A stretch of 59,183 bases of DNA, the filler included, from Jimgerdemannia flammicorona (lineage: Eukaryota), in the NCBI GenBank assembly GCA_003990765.1. It is 3 parts of 3 records of this genome, joined end to end, with 100 filler letters (N's around TTAATTAATTAA, not from the genome) between each part and the next. Parts side by side here need not be neighbours in the genome. Positions count along the whole stretch, not along the records: positions 39,523 to 59,183 come from RBNJ01001884.1; 2 more parts are not named here. One strand, written 5' to 3'. The notes under the pieces are model-generated. The model saw nothing but the letters and a program-made list of their open reading frames with translations. It made no database searches and was not told the origin of the DNA. Positions 48,601 through 59,183 of this stretch are shown here, in pieces. How positions within the stretch are numbered: position 1 is the first letter of the stretch; each line of letters starts with the position of its first letter. The position numbers and the translations under genes are program-made.

Positions 48601-51600
48601 TCTCTTCTCCTGAGTCTTCTTGAATATTGTTGGCCTCAGTTATCTTCCAACCTTACTCCTTGGTTATCTCAGCAAGTCCATATCTCATTTGCTGTCTGAA
48701 TGTGAGTATTTCTGCCAGCTGGCCAAAGGTTGTATTGACCTTTTATTGGCTGAGGTCCTTGAAGATATTATACTTAAAGGTCTTAGTTTTGTAAAGCTTC
48801 TTCTTCTTTTCTCCTTTACTGGCTGAAGTGGTTTCTCAAATGATATCTTGGACAGCCTGTTCCAGCTCCATATCTTGATCTATTTCTTTGTCTTGACTTT
48901 CTGTAGCAGTCTCCATCTGCTTTTTCACAGGGTTCTTCTTGGGTCTCTCTGGTAGTCTCTTATAGAGTTGCTTCGGACATCTTTCCTGATAGTCTCAGCA
49001 GAGTAGACTTCTTATTCCTCTTCATCTGATTCCCCAATCTCCTCAAAGATGATGGTGTTGGCCTATTCCTTATTTCAAGTAGTATTGCTTAGCTGGGCCT
49101 TACACTTGATTTCACTTATACATTCATATGAGTGGTGGTCTTCTTCTCTACAAGTATAGCAGATACCTCTCTTCTTGTCTGAGATAGTGGTAAATTTCTA
49201 AACTGGGTGCCAGTCTCTTCCTTTAATTTCCTTTACCATATCTCCTAGGTGGGCTGTCATTTTAGTGAACTTCTTGGCAAGTTCCTCCATAGGGTTGCTA
49301 TTTCTCTGCTACTCAGTAGCTCTTGGCTGAGGTGGGTTTTGATTGATAACTATAGTAGGGATCATAATGGTTGCCTTAAGTACTTTGATTCTGACTCCAG
49401 TAACTCTTTTCATTGTATAGTCTTGTGGATGTCTGGCTATTCAGTATCAGTAGGCATAGGTAATCTTTTATAGTAGATCCAGAACTATTGGTAATGAGTA
49501 GATGGCTAGGGCTATTTCTGAGTAGACTCTTTTCATAAAGGTTACCTTGGCTATTTGATCTTGGATGGTGTCAGCATAATATATAAGAATTATCTAGTAT
49601 CAGATTCTGGTGTAGAATGTGTTTGGATTCTCACTCATTCCTTAATAGGTTATATTGAGTTAATCCTTCAGAGCTTGCTTGATCTTGTCTGTATAGTAGA
49701 TGACTTGAAGCCAGGCCTTCTGTACTGCTAGCACTGCATTGTCATCATTTCCCACATTGGTTATAGCTGTGAATTCTGCTCTTGCTGGTCCTCAAAGACT
49801 GAAGAACATAAGGGCTACTTGCTGTATTGCTGTCAGAGTTCTTATAGTAGCATACTGCTCAAAATCATCAATAAAGATGATGATCAATTCATCTGAAGTA
49901 TATTTATAAAATACTGGTGGTCTTGTATACATCTTGTCTAGATGTCTTGATTTGATTTGTATGGTTATTCAGGTAGTAGTAGTTGTTTGTTGTTCAGCTT
50001 GAAAGTGAGGAATTTATCTTAAATTACTAGCCAATAGGCAACAAGTTGTAATGTAGCAGACACATAACTATAGAAGTATATTGGATTTCTATATCTTGAA
50101 AACTTAATCTTCTTTGACTCCACAGAGTCCTCAGGATGCAGAGGTGGGTAAGTTTGAAGTATATCTGCTCACAGGCTTACTAGTTCCTTTGCTTTCTCTT
50201 TACTTTGAACTATTTCAATCTGAGGTTTATTCACTCTAGATACTGGGGTATTTATACAAGTTTACTAGCTATAAGGTGGCTAAGTTATGACAGGTTTCCT
50301 GTAAGTTACTTTTCATAAGTGTTAAATCTTTTAACATTTACTAGAACTTTGACAATTGTTAAAAGTTTAACATCTGCAAAATCTTCAATATCTATAAAGA
50401 GTTTAATATTTACAAAAACTTTAACAGTTGTAGAATAACAATGACTGCTATTTGTAAGACTATATTATATCAGGAATTGGGTTCAGGTACTATGATCAAA
50501 TGTCTAATTTCTCTGATTCATGTTTCTAATTTAGATTAACTATTACAATATATATACATTATGAAATTTTTTAGACATCTCATCTGGTACAATCTGTATC
50601 TAGGATATCTGTAGCCATATGATATCCACATCTATGACATCTCACTCTGCATCTACATCAAGAACATCTGTAGCTATCTGATATCTACATCTATAGCATC
50701 TTGTATTAAGGATATCTCACATCTATATTTGTAACATCTAAGCCATCTATATCAGGATTCATTGACTTATGTACTGAACTCTAAGCCTTCTATTAGATTT
50801 CTATAATTATATGAAAACTCTAAATGAAGCTTTGATAGTAAAACAAATATGAACACTGATAAAATATTTCTTATATCTCTCTATCACTATAATGATTTAC
50901 TAAATATTTGTCAAAAGAGTAAATATTTTTTACTACTGTTGTACTATTCTGACTGAGTTATGAGATTCAAAAAATGATATTAGATATATATTATACATAA
51001 TGACATTAATACTAATAATATTAAATTTTTATAATAAGTTATATATAATACTTATCTGAGTATCAGAGTCTCAGTAATTGCTAATTTCATATATCATATA
51101 GTACTTCAGCTCTCTTTGCTCAATAGTAAATAGTAGATAAATTTGTCTAATTTTGAATTCATTAAGCTCATATATATTCTTCTTATGCTTGCTAAGATCC
51201 TTTCAATTATATACTATAATTCAGTCATATTGAGACTTATTATGAAAATTTAGATTATATCAGATAATGTTTTTGATAAATTTTATCTAATATTTAATTA
51301 TAATAGTAGTTAGGATATTATATAGTTAAACTTTAAAAATTGTAATCTGTTTGATAAAAATATAAAATATATTATAAGTAGTATTCTATAATCTGACCTA
51401 ATCTGAGTATACTCAATCTATATATATCTAGCTTTTATATATCTATAAAAATCTGACTATTTTTCTATAATATCTCAATGAAGTAATATCTATTTAAATT
51501 AGATATATTTATTGTAAAAATATTGTAAAATGATATTTAAATTAATAAATATTTGTAAATTATCCAGAGAAGATAAGTTTGCTTAACTAGAGTAATATAT

Positions 51601-52561
51601 TTTATATATCCTTCATCTTGTCTCAAATTATTAAGTATTTTAATAAAAATAAGAATATTCATCAATATCTATAACATCAAATATATCAGATGGTTTAAAT
51701 CTAAGAGTTAATAAAGGTTACTGTATAGAAGTATTAATAGTAGTATTCTTCTGCTCTAATATTCTAAGAAACTCAAATTTACTATTTAATACAGTTTACT
51801 GCTCAATATAAGTAGTCTACTAAACTACTTTAGTAGCTATTATATATATTATATATTTAGAATCTTTTATAATATCAGCAATATACTGATGCTCTGAGTA
51901 CTCATTTATATAATAATAACTTTAAATCTTTTCTATTATGTTAAAAAAGATATTTAGATAATATCTGCTCAATTGATTTTAAATATTAATTCTAAATATT
52001 TTAACTCTCTTCTTCACTTTACTAATCTTAAATAATTTTCTAAAGATATTACTCAACTTTTATAGTTAACTATATCTGAGTATCCTAGCTCTATAAAGGT
52101 ATTTTTATCTTATATATAAGAATTCTTCACTAATAGTATTATTATACTTCATTCTATCCAAACAGATGATATACTTGAGAAAATATATTGTAGCATCTGA
52201 TTTGTATATCTTGTTTTGCTGAAAATATATATAGCTCAATATATATTATATATTGTCTTAAGTTTTCTGGTAGATTTCCTGGGTCTTATATCTGATTTCT
52301 GTAATAGCTTTATCTTACTGACTTGTATCTTGAGTTTCTTGGGTCTTATATCTGATTTTCCATAATAGTCATAATCTGATAACTTGTATCTTAAGTTTCT
52401 TAGTAGTGATAAGAGTAAATTCTTCAGTTCTTAGAGTCTTTTTCCAAAGTTCCTATACTCAACTTTCTTGTCTTTCAGAACTTAAGTTGGTAAAACCAAT
52501 TGACTGATATTTATTTACTACAGATTAGGGGAGAGAGTATTTATATAATTTTTAGGCTATA

Positions 52562-53398
52562 TATAAGACTAGTAACTCACAATTACTAAAAGATACTAAT
52601 TAGTATAGTTTTGGAATTCAGGTGACTAACTAACTGAATATGGCTAATTTTATATTTGTGATAAATTGGGCTAGTTAATATATAGTTACTATTTGTCTAA
52701 CTAACTAACTTACTCAATTTGGCTAATAGAGCTGTTCTCATTCAACTTAAAATTCAGTGTAACTAAGATTATATCATCTTCATCCTTCTTCTCTTCTGGG
52801 GGTCTGATTAAATCATTTTCTGCATTCTCCACAATTGTGCTGAAGTCAGTAAGGGCTCTGGAGTGAGAAAAGGAAGCTGTTGATATTGTCTTTTAGTAAA
52901 ATATGTAGGTTGCTACTATTCTTTAAGTTGTTTTATAGAGTGATATCATTGTTAATAATATTATCAAAGGATATATAGTCATTTTGCTCTTAAGATTTTC
53001 AGTTAATAGTGTTGTTATCTATAAAGTAGAGAATATCTGTAAAATTCTAGAGAAGTAAACTCTCAAGAGAAGGTCTTAAAATAGTGAAATCAAACTATGG
53101 ATAAATTGGTCTGGATTGTCCTCTAGGATAGAGTTCCGAAGATATTGAATCTCATTACTCTTGACTGTGACAGTAGATTGGGCTTCTTCTGTGACTATTT
53201 CTTCAAGATATTCTATATAGTAACTTATCAGTTCTTGAATGTTAGAGACTTTAACATATTTCAGATTGGAAATGGTCCAGGATATATGCCTAAAGATCTG
53301 ATGAACTCATTTGGCCAATTTCTATTTATGTCTATCTATATAAGTAGTATCTACAATTTCTTAAGAGCTAGCTTATGAGAATTCTTGATAGACAAGGA
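52562..53398 (-). mobile_element. Degenerate LTR fragment related to family C, carrying a homolog of the accessory ORF; interrupted by LINE copy 4
   Basis: KLAK*VHQIFRHISWTISNLKYVKVSNIQEL...EAQSTVTV...ILEDNPDQFIHSLISLF aligns with the family C LTR ORF; left boundary (TATAAG at 52562) tentative. Confidence 0.6.
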
Positions 53399-56300
53399 AC
53401 CTTTTCTCTGGTAACATTCAGGTTACACAACCTTTGGCAATACTTTCAACACAGTTTCTGAAGAAAAGCTACTAGTATTATGGCAACTGATAAGTATCCA
53501 AAGGTGCATACTGGGCAGGGTAACCTGAGTACATTTAATTGGCAGTATGTGGGGAGGGGCCCTGGCTTGGGGGGAAGTATGAGGGGCCTGTTAGCAGGTG
53601 GACATGGTAGGGGAGGGGGCAGTGCTGGCAGTCAGAAGACAGAGAGGGCAAGCTTTGTGGACAAGGTGAAGGGAGGCCAGCAGAGAGCAGGGTTGGAGGG
53701 CTAGTTTAGGAGGGGCAAGGAGATGGTGAAGACTACAGGGCAGCAGCCTCAAGAGAGAGCCTCTCTGGGGGGCTAGAGTAGTGGAACTGGTGGAGTAGAG
53801 GCTGAAGGGGTGACTGCTGATGGGAGTATGATAGGGGATCAGGAAAAAAATCTAGATAGGACTTCTGATGGTGGACTGGGTAGTAGGAAAGGCATGAGGC
53901 CTAGTGATCTGGCTAATGGTGTAACAAGACTGGCAGTGGCACCATTACTCAGAAAGTTGATCTCAGAGTTTGTAGTCACTTTGTATTTCAGGGGCTTGGC
54001 AGTGATGGTGAAAATGGTCCTGGGGCTGATTGCCAAGCAGGTGGCTGGAGCAGTGTCTGTGAAGTTCCTAAAGAGACTAAAAGGAGTGGAGGTTGGCTTC
54101 AAGAAGGCTAGACCATTGGAGGAGGCTCTGAGGGTGGGGTTGATGGTTGGTGAGGTGTGTGTTCCAATAGTACATTGCTTGAGGTGGGACCCCAGGGTAG
54201 TGCAGCTGCTGGTAAAAGAGGTGCCCATGGTGACTGCTGAGGAGACTAGGAGGAGGGTTGTGGAAGTTATGGCTGAGTATAGCGAGGTGGTCAATATTGG
54301 GTTCTGGGTCTGGGAGGGGACTCCTTTTAGGACTGGGAATATTGACATTCATATCCAGCTAGCAGGGAAGAAAGCTACTGGGAAGGCTAGGGACTGGCCT
54401 TTAGTGATGGTCTGGGGGGCTTTCTTATACATGGTGATGAGGATAAAGGAGAGTGAGGAGGAGGAAAAGGATCTGCTAGAGGCACTGGAAGAGCTCAGTG
54501 GTGCTGTAGAGAGGAGGGCAAAGACTTGGAAGGTGTATATTGAGTCAACACATTTGGAGGTAGTAGATGGAAAGAGGATTCAGGTCAATAAGAGGTAGTG
54601 GGAATGATCCCAAGGATGCAAGAGGCAGAGAGAGTTGCTGGTAAAACTGGATAGCCAGGTGAAGAAGGATGCTGGTGGCAGTGAAATCGTGGGGGGAGCC
54701 AAGGAGAGCATCTGAGCTGGTGAGGATGGAGAGAATACAGGGAAGGTGCCAGGAGGGGGAGGGGAGGAGAAGGAGAGTGATCCTTATGCAGATGACACTT
54801 TTGAGGTCTGGAAGCCATTCTTAACCCCTATGCTACTTATTAGAAGAGGTCCAGCTTCAAGGGGCAGGGTGGTAGAGGATGTGCCTATAGGGGGAGCCCA
54901 GAGGGTACACTTTGGAGTTCCAGAGGTAGCAAAGGGGGGGCAGGTGGTGGTGGTGGGTGAGGATGAACTGGTGGATGTTCAGGAGGAGGAGTGAGATGAG
55001 GCTGTGAGTGCAGGAGCCAATATCTCGATGCTGGATGGTGGACAGCCAGCAACTCCTGGGGGAAAGGAGGTGGGAAATCTGCTATAGATGTGCAGGATGA
55101 TGAATAACTTTGCAGCAAAGGAATTGGGGAAGGTGGATCTGCGAGTGATGAGTGATGAGCAATGGGCATGTATTCTATATGGTGAGGGTGTGGTGGAGGC
55201 ACTGAAGGCAGAGATTCTTGTAGTTTTCTTAGAGGAGAAAGGGTATAAGGTTGACAAGGAGAGGGAAGCTGGGCTGGCAGTTGCAGCTGGTGAAAGGGCT
55301 GCATTCTGTTGGGCAGAGCAGCATGGATTATAGCTCTGGCAGGAGGCATGCCTAGAATATCATGAGTAATTCAAGGAGAAAGAGGTTGGGGAACTTGCAG
55401 AGCTTCTGATTGGGCTGGAGGCTAAGAGAACTGAAGAGGAGGCAGTAAATGTGGAATATGATCTGGACCTGGCTCAGGAGGAGATGAACATGGAGCAGTA
55501 GAGGATACATTTACTATTATATATTATTCCTTATGAACAGTATAACCAACATTTTCTCTTTGAATGTGAATAGGCTTTGGAGTTCATTGTATTGATAGAA
55601 CATTTTTGCTTGGCTGAAGGGATTGGAGGCTGATCTCTTTTTTTTACAGGATGTCAGGTGCAAGGATGATTTGGACAAACTGGAATGGACAAAGAAATGA
55701 GAAGGGGAAGCAGTTGGGAAGGGCAAGGTTGGGATTCTGGTCAGGAAGAGTAGAGGGGAGATAAGGGATATACAGAACTAGAGAAACAGGCTGATCTGGG
55801 GTGAGTGGACTTGCAATGGGTGGGAACTAGTTACAGTTGGATCCTGCTACTGTCCTGCAGTGAGGGGTGAACAGGTAGAGTGGGTGAAAGGACTATAGGA
55901 GGAAGGAACTCTGGTAGGGGCTATAGTGGACATACTTGGAGGAGACTTTAATATGGTCAGAGATATATTATTGGATAGATCAGATGGAGGGTGAGGGGTG
56001 GAGGATAGGAGTGGAGGTTTGGAGGTATGGGAGGAGGTAGAGAGACTGAGTGCTTTGGTGGATACTGGTAGAGAGCTTTGGGATAACAGAAAGGTGTACA
56101 CTCATTGGGCAAGTGGTCTGGAGATTTGAATAGATTGGATTTTGATGGCAGATTGCTGGGGTCTGGATGTTTGGGGGTCTCTGGAGGCAGTATAGTGTCC
56201 TTGGTCCAATCATTAGAGACTGCTGGGACAGGGACATTTTGGGGGAAGTGGGGATGGACCTGGACATTGGCACCTCAACTCCTCCCTGGTGGATGACAAG

Positions 56301-59183
56301 GTACTATGAGACAGATGAGCTGAGGATATTCAGCAGAAGGTGGAGAGGTGGATAAGGAAAGGGGCCTCAGTTGGCATTCAGTAGATAAGGCTAAAGGAGG
56401 CTGCTAGAGTTTATTGGAGGGAGGCAGGTGTGGAGGCAGGGAGATAGAGGAGGAAGAGGAGGGCATGGGCCTCTGCTAGATAGATGAAGCTGTTGGAAGA
56501 TTGGGCAGGTCTGGTGGCCCTGGAGGGGGTGGAAGATTGGAGATTGCTTTGGGCAAAGAAGGAGGTTGTAGAGCTACAACAGGTATTGTGAGAGGAGAAG
56601 GAAGCATAAGTATGGAGCATGGTAGCACATCTCCATTGGCAGGGGCTGGAGGAAGGAGAGAGGCCCTCTAAGATTCTCACAAGAGCCCTTCAGGTGAGGA
56701 GGGTTCAGCAGAGGTAAGAGGGGGTTCTTGACGCTGAGGGGTCACTGGTGTATGGTGTACAAGGCATTCTCAGGTCTTTGAAGGAGAAGTGGAGTGGCTT
56801 GTGGAGTGAGAAGGAGGGCGGGGCTGATGGCACCTCTATTGGGGTTGCCTTGGAGGATTGGCACCTGATACAGATAGAAGGGCTGGGCAACCTGGTAATG
56901 CTGATGCAGAAAGAGGAGATTTATCAGATTCTTACTGCAACTACTTTGAGTACAGCACCAGGAGAGGACAGCCTGCCTTGGGCATTCTGGAAGAAGATGG
57001 TGGATGTCCCTGGGGTACTGGAAGAACTGAGGGCACTCTGCAATTTGGTACTACAGTCAGGGAGATGGGTAGGGGAGCAGAATTTGGAGCTGGTAGTGCT
57101 ACTATATAAGAACAAAGGAAGGAGAGAGGACTGGAGGAACTGGAGGCCAATCATACTCCTGGATATGGACAGGAAGTTGATTACTAAAGTAGTAGTAGCA
57201 AGACTGCAGAAGGTGGCCCAGCAGGTCTTGGGGGTAGAGCAGTGGGGATTTGTTGGTGGCTGACTCATTTGGGATGACACAGCTTGGATACATAGAGTTA
57301 TTGAAGGGGTGTGGGCCTGTGGATTGGATGGGTGCCTAGTTTTCTTAGATCAGGAGAAGGCTTATGATCATGTTTGGAGAGTCTGGTTGGCAAAAGTACT
57401 GGACAGGATTGGAGACCCTCATCAGTTCCGAGCAGCAATGATCAGCCTACTGGAAGGGAGCAGGGCTGCAATCATATGTAATGGGCATCAAGGAGTAGTT
57501 ATCCCTCTGGGGAGGGGTGTTCCCCAGGGGGACCCACTGTCTCCCATCTTGTATGCTCTCTCTCTGGAGCCCCTTATAGATAGGATTCAGTAGAAGATAG
57601 GAGGGCTTTTGATCTATGGCATTGAATGGAAAGTTGGCACTTTTGCAGATAACATGGTGGTTAGCCTAGGTTTGATTGCCAATGTGGAGGAGCTCAAAGG
57701 GACTGTAGAGTGGTATGAGGAGCACTCGGGGGCCAAACTCAATTGGCATAAGAATAAAATAATGGTATTGAGTAATGGACTAGTAGGGGGGGAGATCATT
57801 GGAACAATTGTCCCTGCTGGTGAGGCAGTGAGGTATTTGGGAATCTATCTGTCAGTATATGGGTCTGTTCTTCCAAAACTCTGATGGGAGCAATGTGTGA
57901 CTATATGGGGGGCTACCACTTGTCTCTGGCAGGGTGAGTCTCCATCTTGAATACTTATTGGCTGCCAAAGTTGTGGTACCTGGTATACCATCTAGACATC
58001 CCAGCCTGAGTGGTGAGGAGACTACTGAAACTGTCCAAGGGGTGGATCTGGGTAGGGAGAAGGAGTCAGATTAGCTGGGAAATTTTATCTCTACCAGTGA
58101 CTAGAGGGGGACTTAGACTGGTAGACTTCCCAAAGAGGGTATACTGCCTGAAAGTATAGTGGCTGAAGAGAGCTGTTGAGCTGGGGGGTGGCAGCTGGGT
58201 TTCTCTACTGCAGAAGGTCTGGGAGATGAGGTCCTCACTGAGGGGTTCTACAGGAGATCTCTTGGCCTTGGTGGGGCTTCAGAACAATGGTCACATATGG
58301 TTTAAGAGCTTCTGGTGAGGAGTCGCTGATGGGGCACACTGCATCAGCATTCATTGGCAGAGAGATGAGGGAAATAGACCTTGGGGCTCAGTGATGTGGA
58401 GATGGGACTAGGTGTTGCTAGGGGGTGCCCCCCTTGGTGACTTTGATATTAATGATGGGGTGGAATACCAGAGAGAGTTGGGGCAGGATCTGTGGCCTGG
58501 CAGATGGTAGTCAGTGGGTATTGGTGAATAGTGGGACTAGAACAGGATCTGGAACTGGAGTACTGAGGTTTGGCAGTGGATGCTACTGAAGTATTGGGTG
58601 GTCTGGTGGTATATGTTGAGAAGGAATATCATGCTCAACTTTCACTCTGGTCACCTGGTAGAAGGGGGATCCTAGACTGTGAGGAGTACTATAATATTGG
58701 ACAGGAAGGGAGTTTTGTACAGATGCCTGAACATTGGTTAGGGGAGTGCAAGGTGCTCAGTGGCTTCTGGATAGCAGTTGGAAAGAGGCTGGATGTTGTG
58801 TGGAGGGGGGATGGTGTGAGGGGTCAGTGGGAGGATCTGCGAGATAGACTGGTGGGAGGGGTCAGTGGGAGGATCTGTGAGATAGACTGATGGGAGGGGT
58901 TGGGAAGGAATGGCTTACTTTAGAGTGGGTTCTAGTAGTATGGGTGGGATTGGTGGGATACAGGATGTATGTGTTTGAGGATGAGAGGTATCTGGGCTTA
59001 GGGGCATATTTAGTGTAATAGGAAGAACTGATGGAGGATATGCTGATGAGTTAGTGGTATGGGTGGGGTCTGCAAGGTGGTCAGCAGTGCCATTTGGTAG
59101 AGAAAATTTGCAGGCAGAGTGGGGAGAGGGTGGGATTCATTGGAGACAGGGTGATTTTCAAGTGTGAAGGAGTGGAGGGGGGG
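53399..59183 (+). mobile_element. LINE copy 4 (5' UTR, ORF1 53480-55501, ORF2 from 55533), degenerate, cut by window end
   Basis: 5' motif CTTTTCTCTGGTAACATTCAGGTTACACAA; WRPIILLDMD, GVPQGDPLSP, PEHWLGEC; 38-bp tandem duplication at ~58820-58898. Confidence 0.95.

Larger units (their letters stand above)
44093..50547 (-). mobile_element. Gypsy family B, two-LTR element with internal deletions: LTR-gag-PR-dUTPase-RT-RH-(partial IN)-tail ORF-LTR
   Basis: LTRs 44093-44594 and 50047-50547 (TGTAAT...T(C/T)ACA); ATAT(AT) on both flanks; PPT 44595-44607; AIIDT(R<G)A (PR), SPWALPIVL and YVDDVII (RT). Confidence 0.93.

Noticed and set aside
58820..58898. 38-bp tandem duplication in LINE copy 4 as a functional repeat
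   Set aside because: Absent from copy 1 at the same position and frame-breaking; a copy-specific slippage event

Overview
This is eukaryotic repeat-dense DNA, probably fungal (inferred from a chromodomain Ty3/gypsy element and RIP-like C->T decay; the taxon cannot be proven from sequence). I found no intact host gene, rRNA, tRNA or CRISPR array. The window is three segments of exactly 19,661 bp (1-19661, 19762-39422, 39523-59183) joined by 100-nt N-linkers containing TTAATTAATTAA, so adjacency across the gaps is not evidence. Contents: (i) four long copies and one 5' fragment of a G-rich L1/Tx1-like LINE, plus a short TSD-flanked non-autonomous derivative; (ii) at least four Ty3/gypsy lineages, labelled A-D here, including a complete 10.6-kb chromovirus (6946-17573, 5-bp TSD TAAAT, ~2-kb LTRs) and a two-LTR family-B element (44093-50547); (iii) two hAT-type palindromic MITEs; (iv) a CpG-rich island with two convergent copies of a small MGNxxS-starting ORF. 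The strongest candidate novelty is an accessory-gene set in the gypsy elements. A ~365-aa ORF sits inside the U3 of the family-A LTR. Its core motif (YYxIG...IAxR/KxxxL/IF...IPxL) recurs in the LTR of family C and just downstream of integrase in families B and D. Families A and B also each carry a dUTPase next to a shared 31-aa C-x-H-x12-C-x2-C module, in different domain orders. All alignments were done by eye on mutated copies and need computational confirmation.
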